A DNA stretch of 64,000 bases, from the NCBI GenBank assembly GCA_951406725.2, contig OX597819.1, forward strand, positions 98,704,001-98,768,000. The letters run 5' to 3'. Below the pieces are notes generated by a model. It ran no database searches. It was not told where the DNA came from and saw only the letters and a program-made list of their open reading frames with translations. Origin of the DNA: Octopus vulgaris (Eukaryota). The position numbers and the translations under genes were made by a program. Shown piece after piece: positions 14,330 through 26,045 of this stretch. Every line of letters begins with the position of its first letter. Position 1 is the first letter of the stretch.

Positions 14330-14378
14330 CATACATACATATATACGCACGTACGTACATATATACATACGTACGTAC
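13774..14378. repeat. Long degenerate (TACA)n microsatellite, representative of dozens of TA, CA, TATC, TACA and AAT tracts
   Basis: Direct reading. Source of the spurious MYVC/HTYI ORFs. Confidence 0.95.
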
Positions 14379-14686
14379 AGACATCAGGGGTTGTAGTGGT
14401 CATATCAGTACTGGTAGCAAAATTAGTGGGATCGGTAAGATTAGTTAAATGACGATAACAACATAAACAGCATGGTTATGAGTGTGTATGTGTATTTGTA
14501 TGTGTGTGCGCGCGCACGTAGGTATGGATGTGTATTGATACTGTTATCGGAATATCGATTGTTATCGATAGCGAATATAAGTAGCATCCCTTTATTGCAG
14601 TGCTGACAACTGCATCAGTCATAATACAAGCATACATACACACATACATATGCAGACATACATATAATGTAAAACAATTTCCTGGG

Positions 14687-14740
<54 letters not shown>

Positions 14741-14745
<5 letters not shown>

Positions 14746-14908
14746 TATAACTTTGGGTATATAGGAAATACCGCCATGCTGAAAATAGCAGCCAGTGTCT
14801 GACTCTAAAACCACCTTAACTTTGAACACTGAAGGTGGTTTTGGAGTCAGACACTGGCTGCTATTTTCAGCATGGCGGTATCTCCTAGATCCCATAAGTT
14901 ATAATTTT
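14741..14908. repeat. Fold-back palindrome (~77-bp arms) abutting (TA)n
   Basis: ataccgccatgctgaaaatagcagccagtgtctgactctaaaaccacctt / aaggtggttttggagtcagacactggctgctattttcagcatggcggtat. Confidence 0.85.
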
Positions 14909-14988
14909 AATAATAATTATCATCTTTGAAGGTTTTTATTTCCATGCTGGCCACTTTATAAGATCGTTATTTAATTTAAATTAACGAT

Positions 14989-15022
<34 letters not shown>

Positions 15023-15490
15023 CCATCTCAATATGGCTAACTACTAAGGGTGGGTGTTACTGTAGCTTATAGCCCCAGGAGAACATCTCCCCCAGTTGGC
15101 TTTAGGCACACTTTCTGTGCCCTTAGGGGCATACATACATACATACATACATACATACATACATACATACATACATACATACATACATGCATACGTACAT
15201 ATACCTCATGATGTGCAGGGATAGGAGACTGTTTAAAAACGGTCTTTTGTATGTTTTCTTCCACAATTATTCCGACTCCCTTTGCTTAAATCACTAACTG
15301 ATTTATTACTTTTGTTATAAATAAGAGAAACGACTTTTACTCAATGTAATGTTATTCAAACCTGATGACAAATTTATATCTTCCACCACGTGGAGTCCTG
15401 TATTTACCATCAATATTGATAGCTTACCATTAATATTGATAGCTGCATTACCAACATTGATAGCAACACAAACAGTACTATGACATCTGT

Positions 15491-15783
15491 TCCTCCTTCT
15501 CGAGCCATGCCTGGCTCATAAGGGCCGGTTTCCCGGTTTCCTTGGCGTATAGGTTCCCCACCTGGACGGGACGCCAGGCCGTCGCAGGTGAGCTGCAAGA
15601 TGCAGGAGGAAAGAGTGAGAGAAAGTTGTGGCGAAAGAGTCAGCAGAAGTTTGCCATTACCTTCTGCCGGAGACGCGTAGAGCTTAGGTGTTTCGCTCAT
15701 AAACACACACATCGCCCTGTCTGAGATTCGAACCTGCGATCCTTCGACCGCAAGCCCGTTGCTCTAACCACTAGGTCATGTGC
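15491..15783 (-). mobile_element. tRNA-derived SINE with V-domain-like segment and 13-bp TSD
   Basis: Minus-strand head gcacatgacctagtggttagagc...ggttcgaatc and segment ctgcgacggcctggcgtcccgtccagg. TSD ctatgacatctgt at 15478-15490 and 15784-15796. Confidence 0.85.
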
Positions 15784-15949
15784 CTATGACATCTGTGAGT
15801 TGTGACGATGTAAATACTCCTCTCATTTCACAAGGTATTCACATTGAAGTATAGATCACTACTTTGGTGCTATGAATAAACCTGAGATGTAATGAGTTTT
15901 CTATCGGCTTTAAAAAAAGTACTGTAAAGAAGCTCATCCAAATTTAAAT

Positions 15950-16730
15950 TAATTTATTGCAAAACATCTTGAGCAACAGGCGTCTTTCTTCGGGAAAAAG
16001 TTTCTACCGCAAACATCGATAGTTATTTCAACTCCCGTGATGTTAAAAGATCATCTTAAACTATCGAGAACCAACCAAAATCTGCTACAAGAGAGATCGA
16101 AAATAATGTAGCAAGACCCTGCCGCTATCGTTATGATGTTCATATTTAGCGGATTCGACAAAGACGACTGTGGAATATATTCAACTGAAGAACAACCGAA
16201 CATAAAAGTTAAAAAAAACAATCTTTTCTAGTTTCTTCTAAGTTACCATTGAGTGATTGGCCATTCTTAAGATTAAAGGAAAAGTAAAACCAGACTGCTC
16301 TTATGTTAAAAGTTATCGCTGATGTTGCTGGTGAGCACATGGAATTACGCGAGGTTAATTACTGCAAAATTAACACCTTACTATACAGAGTTGCTACTAC
16401 TCTTAATAAAGAAGAATCCCACCGAGAGGAAACCCCCAGTATATGTGCTAAAGATGTTACTAAACAGAAGCAACCCAAGCGAAAAACAAACAAGAAAAAA
16501 TACATCAACGAACTGCCCCTCTATATTGGATTGTTAACCACGATAATAAAATGTAATGATGATAAAAAATGTACATTTCACCGATTATGTATTATGCAAA
16601 AAATAACAAAACTCTCCGAGGACTCTTGTGGCCGAGCTCTTGAAGGAAGAAAGCTAATCACTCTACAGCACGAACTCAGGAAACTTTGCGAAATACTTCG
16701 TTATCGGAGGACAATTTTTAAGTCAATAGG
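15950..16730 (+). pseudogene. Degenerate fragment of the pre-RT region of an R4/Dong-like LINE ORF
   Basis: ORF 16303-16860 has INTLLYRVATTL...INELPLYIGLL...LQHELRKLCEILRYRR, reminiscent of the region upstream of RT in R4/Dong ORFs. Recognised by pattern only. Confidence 0.45.
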
Positions 16731-16902
16731 AATTATACCGTTAAGTGAGGGAAGGAAAATATTAGGTGTAACAAAGCCATTTCTCAAGAATACCTTTAAT
16801 CACTCTCGTCTAAGATCTGGAGCGGAAAGAGAAATGTCAACCAGAACGCATCGTGATTAAATAGGTTCGGGTATATAGACAGATAGATAGATACATGCAC
16901 AC

Positions 16903-17057
<155 letters not shown>

Positions 17058-17086
17058 CTTTATTAAAAAGCAGCAAAAGTATCACA

Positions 17087-17129
17087 AAAACAGTTACTCG
17101 GAGTGTCACGTTCCCGTTCGTCGGACAGT
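17087..17129 (-). ncRNA. Inverted copy of the hammerhead (GAAA mutated to GACA)
   Basis: Reverse complement actgt-CCGACGA-acgggaacgt-GACA-ctccgagta-actgt. Confidence 0.65.
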
Positions 17130-17152
17130 CTTGTTTAGAATGGATTCTTAAC

Positions 17153-17198
17153 AAAACTGTCCGACGAACGGGAACATGAAACTCTGAGTAACAGTTTT
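17153..17198 (+). ncRNA. Type I hammerhead ribozyme, U4C core variant
   Basis: Stem I AAAACTGT/ACAGTTTT; core CCGACGA; stem II ACG-GGAA-CAT (CGT in the other arm); GAAA; stem III ACT-CTG-AGT; cleavage triplet GUA ending at 17190. Confidence 0.8.
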
Positions 17199-17300
17199 TT
17201 GTTGATATTTTTGCTACTTTTTAATAAAGCATGTTACTCTACCTCTGGTATTCGAGTACTATTTTCCCACTTTGTTTCGCATTTATGTACTTACTCTTGT

Positions 17301-17399
<99 letters not shown>

Positions 17400-17554
17400 T
17401 ATATACACACATGTATGTATGTATAATATGCTAAAAGTATTTATGTGTATACTTTTTCGCGAGTAACACTTGATCATTTGAAGTAGAAAAAAAGGACACA
17501 AAAAGGTGAGAAGAAAGAAATATCACATTAACACGAATATAAACACATTTACAC

Positions 17555-17588
<34 letters not shown>

Positions 17589-17855
17589 CATTTGTGTGTA
17601 TATATATATATATATATATATTTGTGTGTGTATATATATATATATATATAAAATAAATAAATATATATATATATATATACACGCACACATACACACACAC
17701 ACGCACACATACACACACACACACGCACACACACATATATATATATATATATATGCACATACATATAGATATATATATGTGTGTGTAACTATATTTTCCT
17801 TGCTTAGAGAATGTACAACTCTGTTGTCTCAAAGGGAATCCTGTCAGCTTCTTCC

Positions 17856-17880
17856 CTGATGAAGGACTGTCCGAAACGGC
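17856..17880 (+). ncRNA. Degenerate hammerhead core
   Basis: CTGATGA-A-GGA-CTG-TCC-GAAAC. Stems I and III cannot be recovered. Confidence 0.4.
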
Positions 17881-18340
17881 AAACTCACTGTACTATTCTT
17901 TTCTATTTAACTAAATGTTGCCGGCGCAATCGGTCTCTTTGGAGTTTGTTTTGTCGTACGCAAAACAAGGACTATTTAGCAAAAGAGTGTGGTTAATTTT
18001 TTCACTGAGGCAGGCTTCAATCTAGTCACTATACACTCACTTAATGATGAGTGGATCAATGTTGGAAATCCTTTGATCATGAATTTGCTTGCTCAGGTCT
18101 GAGTCGAGTTGCACCACAACAAAGACAGTAGGCAGCTCAACTTCCTCGTCTAGTTACTCATATTCTGTTTCATCCCTCCGGGCACTTACCAATCCTTCCT
18201 TCATAGAATTGGTATCTGGAATTCCCCACGTCGTCGTTCTCATGCTCTCTGAACGTAAACCGTAGAAACTTCATCAAACTGGGAGGTCTTGCAAAACATC
18301 TCTTGCTCTGATTTACACACACACGCACGCACACACACAC

Positions 18341-18404
<64 letters not shown>

Positions 18405-18585
18405 TCCCGCAATTACAAACAAGATTGCGTACACACGCAGATATATCACAATAGATGTGATATATAGATGCAGAGGTATATAACCTTAAAGAATGTAATA
18501 CACAAAAGCATACTCACACACACACACACACACACACACATGCACACGCACACACACACACAATTACATGCATTCTGCCCCCCCA

Positions 18586-18619
<34 letters not shown>

Positions 18620-18658
18620 AAAAAAGGTTTGAAAATGCAATTTAAACGATGTTTATTT

Positions 18659-18697
18659 ACTTAACCGGTTTCACTCTTTGGTAAGATTGTCAAAAGT
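18659..18697 (-). ncRNA. Hammerhead ribozyme, U3-A8 variant (inverted copy)
   Basis: Reverse complement ACTT-TTGACAA-tcttaccaaagagt-GAAA-CCGG-TT-AAGT. Confidence 0.65.
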
Positions 18698-18714
18698 TAC
18701 ATTTAAGGAAACAT

Positions 18715-18937
18715 TGAATAATATGGGTTCAAAAAAAGTTTTTTACATAATTGTCACATTGAATATTATGCATTCAAAGTTTTTTACATAATTGTCACAT
18801 TGGATATTATGGGTTCAAAAAAGTTTTTTACATAATTGTCACATTGAATATTATGCATTCAAAAAAGTTTTTTACATAATTGTCACATTGGATATTATGA
18901 ATTCAAAAATGTTTTTTTATACATAATTGTCACATTA
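18715..18937. repeat. ~40-bp minisatellite (5 units) inside the pseudo-LTR, mirrored at ~21505-21730
   Basis: Unit ttcaaaaaagttttttacataattgtcacattg(a/g)atattatg, repeated. Confidence 0.9.
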
Positions 18938-19431
18938 CATGTATAAATATAGTGTTTGGTAACAGAGAAGTTCAATAGTGTGATGAGACTATTTGGGAAA
19001 ATTTGGCAGAAAAGGATAAAACAAATATATTATTGGGAATTGGTTGCGTTAATTATTGGTTGTCGCAAATTGTCACATTACATGTATATATATACAATCT
19101 TTGGTATATATATACAGCGTTTTGACAGCAAAAATTAAAATGGATTTTTTGTACATCTCAGAATATTTTAAGTATGTTTTTACTGACCTGTCAGTATTAG
19201 CAGAAAGGCTGAACTGAGAGAACAGAAGAAGTAGCCAATGTGGTGTATACTTCCCCTTTATGCATGAATGATTTTGGGGTTATCAGAAGGTTAGTATGCG
19301 GGTGTGAATAGATGTGTCCGTGCCTGCTGGTCAGACAGCGTCTGTTTGTCACACACATATATATACACACAAACACACACACACACAACAACACACACAC
19401 ACACACACACATAGTATACAAACACACACCA

Positions 19432-19596
19432 CAGATACCACTAAGTAGACACTTAGACCTTTGTGCACACAATAAGTCCCCCAAATTCTTAGTCTTCCCA
19501 CTATACCAATGCTCGGACAACACCACAGACCAAACACGAATAAATAAGGAAAGTAATCTTATTCAAAAATACAGACCACAACTAAACATACTCTAA
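19432..19596 (+). pseudogene. C-terminus of a PLE GIY-YIG endonuclease
   Basis: QIPLSRHLDLCAHNKSPKFLVFPLYQCSDNTTDQTRINKESNLIQKYRPQLNIL*, with the S-x-H...C...R-x3-E-x3-I-x4-P-x-LN pattern typical of PLE endonuclease ends. Confidence 0.75.
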
Positions 19597-19986
19597 CATA
19601 CCCCCTGGAAGCACATCCAGAGCAAGCACACAGGGACGCGCGCACGCTCACAGCATATCGTGCGGGCGGGCACATGCGCGCATCGGCACGCATAGGACAC
19701 ACTAGCGGGCATTGACCGCACACATACGTGGCATGCACACGCATGCATTATATATATGTAGGTGATGTATGTGTGTGAGTGTTGTTTGTGTGTGTGTGTG
19801 TGTGTGTGTGTGCACTGTGTGCGTGTGTGTGTATATGTGTGTGTGCGCGCGTTGTATGTGTGTGTGTGTGTGCACGTGTGTATATATGTGTGTGTGTGTG
19901 TGCACTGTGTGCGGGTGTGTGTGTATGTGTGTGTGTGTGAGCATTGTGTACGTGTGTATGTATTTACATATGTATCTGTTTATATT

Positions 19987-20025
<39 letters not shown>

Positions 20026-20821
20026 TGTGTGTGTATATGCATGGTATGTGTGTATATGTTAGTACTTTGTTTGTGTGTGTGTGCGGCATGTAGAGATATA
20101 TTTGAGTGTGTACGCTATAGGTTTGTAATTTGTGTGTGTGGGGGGTGGTGAATTTTTTATATATATATATGTGTGTGTATGTGTGTGAAAAAATATATGT
20201 ATGTGCATGTATGTATGTATGTATGTGTGTATATATATATATATATATGTGTATATATATGTGTGTGTGTGTATGTGTGTGTGTGTATATTTATTTGCAT
20301 GTTTATGTGTGTATAAACATGTACATTATTTGCATGCGCATTGTGTATATGTATATTGTATGTATGTGTATTGTATATGTACGTGTACAATTAAGTGTAT
20401 ATATTTGTGTGTATGTGTGCACTGTATATATGTATATTGTAGGTGTGCTATATGTGCATGAATACATGTATATGCATTGCGTGTATATATATGTATGCAT
20501 TGTGTGTGTATGTATGTTATGTGTGTGTGTGTGTATATATATATTATATGTATGCGTACGTGTATGTGTATGCATTGTATGTATGTGTGTTGTGTGTATA
20601 TGTGGTACATCTATGTATGTGTATGTAAACACTATTTATATGTATATGTGTATATATGTATATGCATTGTCTATATATATATATATATTATATGTATGTA
20701 TTGCGTATGTATATTGCATGCATATATTGTGTATGTATATTGCTTACATGCTGTATGTGTGTATTGTATGTGTGTATATATATGCTAGGTGTATTTGTGT
20801 GATATTTATATTATGTATGTA

Positions 20822-20875
<54 letters not shown>

Positions 20876-21749
20876 GTGTGTGTATGTGTGTTATATATCT
20901 GTGTATGTTATATATAGATACATGTTATATTTGTGTGCTGTGTGTATATGTGATATATGTGGGTGCGTTGTGTGTGGGTGTGTGTGTTCTGTGTGTGTGT
21001 GTGTTGTTTGTATGTGGTGTGTGTTTGTATACTATGTGTGTGTGTGTGTGTGTTGTTGTGTGTGTGTGTGTTTGTGTGTATATATATGTGTGTGACAAAC
21101 AGACGCTGTCTGACCAGCAGGCACGGACACATCTATTCACACCCGCATACTAACCTCCTGATAACCCCAAAATCATTCATGCATAAAGGGGAAGTATACA
21201 CCACATTGGCTACTTCTTCTGTTCTCTCAGTTCAGCCTTTCTGCTAATACTGACAGGTCAGTAAAAACATACTTAAAATATTCTGAGATGTACAAAAAAT
21301 CCATTTTAATTTTTGCTGTCAAAACGCTGTATATATATACCAAAGATTGTATATATATCCATGTAATGTGACAATTTGCGACAACCAATAATTAACGCAA
21401 CCAATTCCCAATAATATATTTGTTTTATCCTTTTCTGCCAAATTTTCCCAAATAGTCTCATCACACTATTGAACTTCTCTGTTACCAAACACTATATTTA
21501 TACATGTAATGTGACAATTATGTATAAAAAAACATTTTTGAATTCATAATATCCAATGTGACAATTATGTAAAAAACTTTTTTGAATGCATAATATTCAA
21601 TGTGACAATTATGTAAAAAACTTTTTTTGAACCCATAATATCCAATGTGACAATTATGTAAAAAACTTTTTTGAAGGCATAATATTCAATGTGACAATTA
21701 TGTAAAAAACTTTTTTGAACCCATATTATTCAATGTTTCCTTAAATGTA

Positions 21750-21790
21750 ACTTTTGACAATCTTTTACCAAAGAGTGAAACCGGTTAAGT
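21750..21790 (+). ncRNA. Hammerhead ribozyme, U3-A8 variant with GUU site
   Basis: Stem I ACTT/AAGT; core TTGACAA; stem II TCTTT-TACC-AAAGA (+GT); GAAA; palindromic stem III ACCGGT; triplet GUU. Confidence 0.7.
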
Positions 21791-21867
21791 AAATAAACAT
21801 CGTTTAAATTGCATTTTCAAACCGTTTTTCTTACATAATTCCACTCGTGCGATACCCCACAACTCAA

Positions 21868-21904
<37 letters not shown>

Positions 21905-22945
21905 ACCCATGCATATAGAGATCTATGTATGTGTTGTATAATTCCAGAAAATGCAATACCAACTCGCACGTACACACACATATGCATGTATACCTACACA
22001 CAGAAGTAAATGCAAACACTCTCACATGCAAAAATCTCTTTTAAACATATACACACATATCGTCACCATCCGTTCCACATCTACCCACGTACAGATAACC
22101 ATACACATGCATAAATACCTGTTTACACACACACAAACACACACACATAGACTCACATACACATATACACATTCACACATAGATAAACAGGCTCTCCGCT
22201 CTGCTAAACTCTGGCACTATTTGTAATCTCCTCAATACAGGTTCAATTCCCCTTCGGTCAATTTGATAAATCATCACTGTAATGTCATTATATCCTCTTT
22301 ATATCGACCCTATTTCATTTTTCTATTTTATATATTCTCTTATTCTGTTGTTCTATATATTTCTCATTCATTTATCTATTCTAGCATTCTGCTATTCATT
22401 CATTCAGTCATTCGTTTTCACTGCACATCAATATCCATACAGTAATACTGCAACAGTTCTTTTTTTCTTTAATACGAATATACATTCGCACGCACTCACA
22501 CACACGCACACACAGCTTACGTATCAACACACACACACACACGAAAACACGTAAGGGAATATACAAACGCAAGCAGGGATACACACAAGCACAAACACAC
22601 AAACGTAATAGACATACATGGACACAGAATGCGCGCGCTCACACACACACACACACATGCACACACACACACACATACAAACATACACATACAGGCATGT
22701 ATACATTAAGAAGCCAGTTGCAGATATCGATTTTAATTGTAATCCTTAGTCTATCACTTCAATTCGCCAAATATTTCTGACGTCACCAGCTGAAGTTGGT
22801 TGTAGCTGTAATTTACCTGTTACTTCCGTATCCGGTTATCAGCCTAGCTTGGTGCAAAACATTTACCGCGTTCTTTTGCTAAATAGTCCTTCTTCCCCAC
22901 TACCATTCATCTACATTTCATATATATGTGTGTGTGTGTATGTGT

Positions 22946-22994
<49 letters not shown>

Positions 22995-23059
22995 CGTGCG
23001 TGTGTGTGCGTATATATATATATATATACAAATATATATTATATAAACATTCTTTTGCT

Positions 23060-23434
23060 TTTTTATTTCTTTCAGTCATCTGATAGCGGCCATGCTGTAG
23101 CGCCGCCTTAAAGGTCTTTTAATCGAAAACATCGACCCCAAGACTTATTCTTTGTAAGCCTAGTACTTATTCTATCGGTGACTTTTGCCGAATCGGTAAT
23201 TACGGAGACGTAAACATACCAACATCGGTTGTCAAGTGATTTTGGGCGTTGGGGGGGAGCAAACACATTCACAAAGATCTAGACATGCACACACATGCAC
23301 ACATATACACACGCATGCACACACACACATATACGACGGGTTTTCTATCAGTTTTTGCCTGCCAAACCCAAGGCTTTGGTTGGCCAGAACCATATGGTTG
23401 GGAAGCAAGTTTCTTACCACACGGCCACGCCTGC
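23060..23434 (-). mobile_element. SINE family B, diverged and internally deleted
   Basis: Homology to 7481-7906. Confidence 0.75.
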
Positions 23435-23548
23435 TCAATATATACATATATACATGCACACACCTGTATAAGTATGTACAGATATATAGGTGCTTGTGTG
23501 TATGTGTATGTATGAACGTAAGCATACACGAGTTTATGCATGTATCCA

Positions 23549-23592
<44 letters not shown>

Positions 23593-23600
<8 letters not shown>

Positions 23601-24042
23601 TAAATTAGAGATAAAACCACTATTAGGCAAATCAAACAGTGAAAATCATAAGCCAATACATAGAAATAAAATTAATTTAAAAATATAAAAGTTAAAATTT
23701 AAAAATTATTTAAATAATTTAAACTTATCATCATCATCATCATCATCGTTTAGCGTCCGTTTTCCATGCTAGCATGGGTTGGACGGTTCTACTGGGGTCT
23801 GTGAAGCCAGAAGGCTTCATCAGGCCCAGTCAAATCTGGCAGTGTTTCTACGGCTGGATGCCCTTCCTAACGCCAACCACTCCGTGAGTGTAGTGGGTGC
23901 TTTTTACGTGCCACCCGCACTGGTGCCAGACAGAGCTGGCAAACGGCCACGAACGGATGGTGCTTTTTATGTGCCACCGGCACGAGGGCCAGGCGAGACT
24001 GGCAACGGACACGAAACGGGGCGGTGCTGGCAAGCATTTTAA

Positions 24043-24090
<48 letters not shown>

Positions 24091-24181
24091 ATTTTTATAT
24101 TATTTTATTTCTATGTATTGGCTTATGATTTTCACTGTTTGATTTGCCTAATAGTGGTTTTATCTCTAATTTAATATAATA
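23593..24181. mobile_element. Fold-back element in (TA)n with ~80-bp essentially perfect inverted termini (23593-23672 / 24102-24181)
   Basis: tattaaattagagataaaaccactattaggcaaatcaaacagtgaaaatcataagccaatacatagaaataaaat and its reverse complement. Confidence 0.8.
23726..24033 (-). mobile_element. SINE 3' portion with (GAT)n tail, nested in the fold-back element
   Basis: Minus strand ...ggcgttaggaagggcatccagccgtagaaac...ccatgctagcatggaaaaacggacgctaaacgatgatgat, plus an internal tandem duplication (gtgctttttacgtgccacc-type unit, twice). Confidence 0.7.
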
Positions 24182-24494
24182 TATATATATATAATAATAA
24201 ATCTCTGAGCGAGATATAAACAGTAACTGCTCTATAACATAAGGGGGATCAGCCATCTGAATGTGGCTAGGGAAACACACACACACACATATACAAATAA
24301 GCATACTCACACGCACATACACAAACATACACAGATTGAAGTACATACTGACATGAGTACATGAGTACACATCACATGACGAGAAAAAGTGCCGCATACA
24401 ACTGGACTTACGATATGACTTTAATTTGATGACGCCAGCAAGTTAGTATTGACTTTTGTCAAACTTCGGTTACTGGAAATTAAACGATTGCAGT

Positions 24495-25086
24495 GTTGTG
24501 TCTGTATGGTAAGGAGTTGGATCTTTTCGGTTTGAACGGCAGTTTTTCTAGCGGTGTCTTATGAAATTGTCCCCCATAATTATGACCCTAATATCGATCT
24601 ATTGCATTTCAATCTGTTTTAGGGTTAGTTAGGGTTAGGGTTAGGGGTGGGGGGAAGGGTATCTTTTTTCTTCAGAAATGTAAATAAACCCAATCTGTTT
24701 CTTAAACAAGGGACATATTCATACGGCACAGAATGTTGTTTAGCTCAATGGACGTCATTGATTGGTTGAAATTGCAGAAATTGAAGAAAGAAAAACAAGA
24801 AATATCTTATAAACTATAGAATTTTCTCAATAAAGCCTAGAGAAAAAGATGTTTTATAAACATATTCTACCAGTATACGAGGTTTAAATTTTTTTAGTTA
24901 CCTAGAAATTATGTTAAAAACTGCCGTTCAAACCGAAAAGATCCAAGGAGTTTCCTTCTTTACTGCACGGTTCTGGGTTCAGTTCCAGTGGGTGACACCC
25001 TAGGCAAGTGTCTTCTAGTATAAGCCCGGGCCGACCAAAACCTTATGAGAGGGTTTGTTGACGAAAAGTGAGAGGAGGACATTATC

Positions 25087-25127
<41 letters not shown>

Positions 25128-25312
25128 CACATATACTCACACACGTGTGTGTGAGTGTGTTTATGTGTATGAATGTGTCTTTGTATTTGTTCCCCACCAC
25201 CGCTTGGCAAGCGGTGTTGGCTTGTTTACGTTCCCGCAACTTAGCAGTTCGGCAAAAGGGAATGATAGAATAAATATCAGGTTTGAAACTTAAAAATAAG
25301 TAAGTACTGGGA
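24495..25312 (+). mobile_element. SINE family B interrupted in its head by a MITE
   Basis: tgtgtctgtatggtaaggagtt | tccttctttactgcacggttctgggttcagttcc... rejoins across the MITE. Confidence 0.75.
24519..24944. mobile_element. MITE with 28-bp TIRs and 8-bp TSD (Merlin- or hAT-like), with internal TTAGGG repeats
   Basis: TIR GGATCTTTTCGGTTTGAACGGCAGTTTT at both ends. TSD aaggagtt at 24511-24518 and 24945-24952. Confidence 0.9.
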
Positions 25313-25359
25313 CTTTTTGAATGAGACGTCTAACGAAAAATTACTTTCACTTTTTCTTA

Positions 25360-25429
25360 GTAGTGCGGCCTGCCTGATGACGAGCCTTGTCTCATGTGGC
25401 CCGCTTCTCGGTAAAGGTTACCCACGCCT
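25360..25429. mobile_element. hAT-like MITE right-end remnant
   Basis: gcggcc / tggcccgc subterminal motifs and the end aaaggttacccacgcctg. Confidence 0.45.
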
Positions 25430-25698
25430 GGCATTGTTCCCAGATCTTACTGCAACCAAATTTAGGTGGATGAAGAATTAGAGTCCAGAATGCAATTCAT
25501 CACAGAGACATCAAGAAACACCATGTAAAATGTAGATTCTTGCAAAACATAAAATGTATCACTATCAACGCCTCGAGCACTGCTACCACCACCAGCACCA
25601 CCACCACACCACCAGCACCACCACCAGCACCACCAGCACCACCAGCACCACCAGAACCAGCACCATCACCACCAGCACCCCCCCCCCCCACCACCTGT

Positions 25699-25895
25699 AA
25701 CAGCCGTTCAAGAATTTGGACCTGGAGATCTCCATTTCCAGCGACTTCGAGGGCCACCTCTCAGTGGTGTCGGGCGTCAACGTAGAGCCCTCGACTACAA
25801 CAAGACGACCATAGTTCTTTTTCTTCCAAGGTCTGGGGTCTCCCACCTCTAACCCCTAGACCATCACCTAATCACCCATACCCGTCTTGTTGCTT

Positions 25896-25930
<35 letters not shown>

Positions 25931-25931
25931 C
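25699..25931 (+). repeat. Interspersed repeat with (AAC)n tail; second copy at 63765-63952 (-)
   Basis: acagccgttcaagaatttggacctggagatctcc...ttgttgcttaacaac is shared between the two loci. Confidence 0.75.
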
Positions 25932-26045
25932 CACCTATAACAACAGGACAAGAAGAGGGTGACGAGGACAGTGAAGTAGTAGAAGGCAAAGATAATGGAA
26001 CGGCAACCACAGATTCTGCAGCACCAGCAATAACAGCAGTAATAA

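Larger units (their letters stand above)
17058..17300 (+). mobile_element. Palindromic PLE-terminus insert in microsatellite (arms 17058-17141 / 17144-17229, plus ~70-nt tail)
   Basis: Near-perfect inverted repeat centred at ~17142, with an HHR in each arm. Flanked by (TA)n and (CA)n. Confidence 0.8.
18616..21872 (+). mobile_element. 5'-truncated Penelope-like retroelement with an inverted upstream copy of its pseudo-LTR
   Basis: ~820-bp inverted arms 18616-19433 / 21013-21833, a GIY-YIG C-terminal fragment at 19432-19596, an HHR in both arms, and a unique 3' tail at 21834-21872. (TA)n on both sides. Confidence 0.9.

Noticed and set aside
18715-18937. Regularly spaced repeats resembling a CRISPR array
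   Set aside because: Units are contiguous with no unique spacers, there are no cas genes, and the context is eukaryotic. It is a minisatellite.
20130-21095. 321-aa ORF, the longest in the track
   Set aside because: Scrambled TG/TA low-complexity tract inside the PLE insert.
24619-24648. TTAGGG repeats as a telomere or fusion site
   Set aside because: Only about four units, and internal to a MITE.
25374-25410. CTGATGA motif
   Set aside because: No GAAA or stems. It lies in a hAT-like end.
25540-25785. Pro/Ala-rich ORF resembling a structural protein
   Set aside because: Derived from an (ACC/AGC)n tract running into an interspersed repeat.
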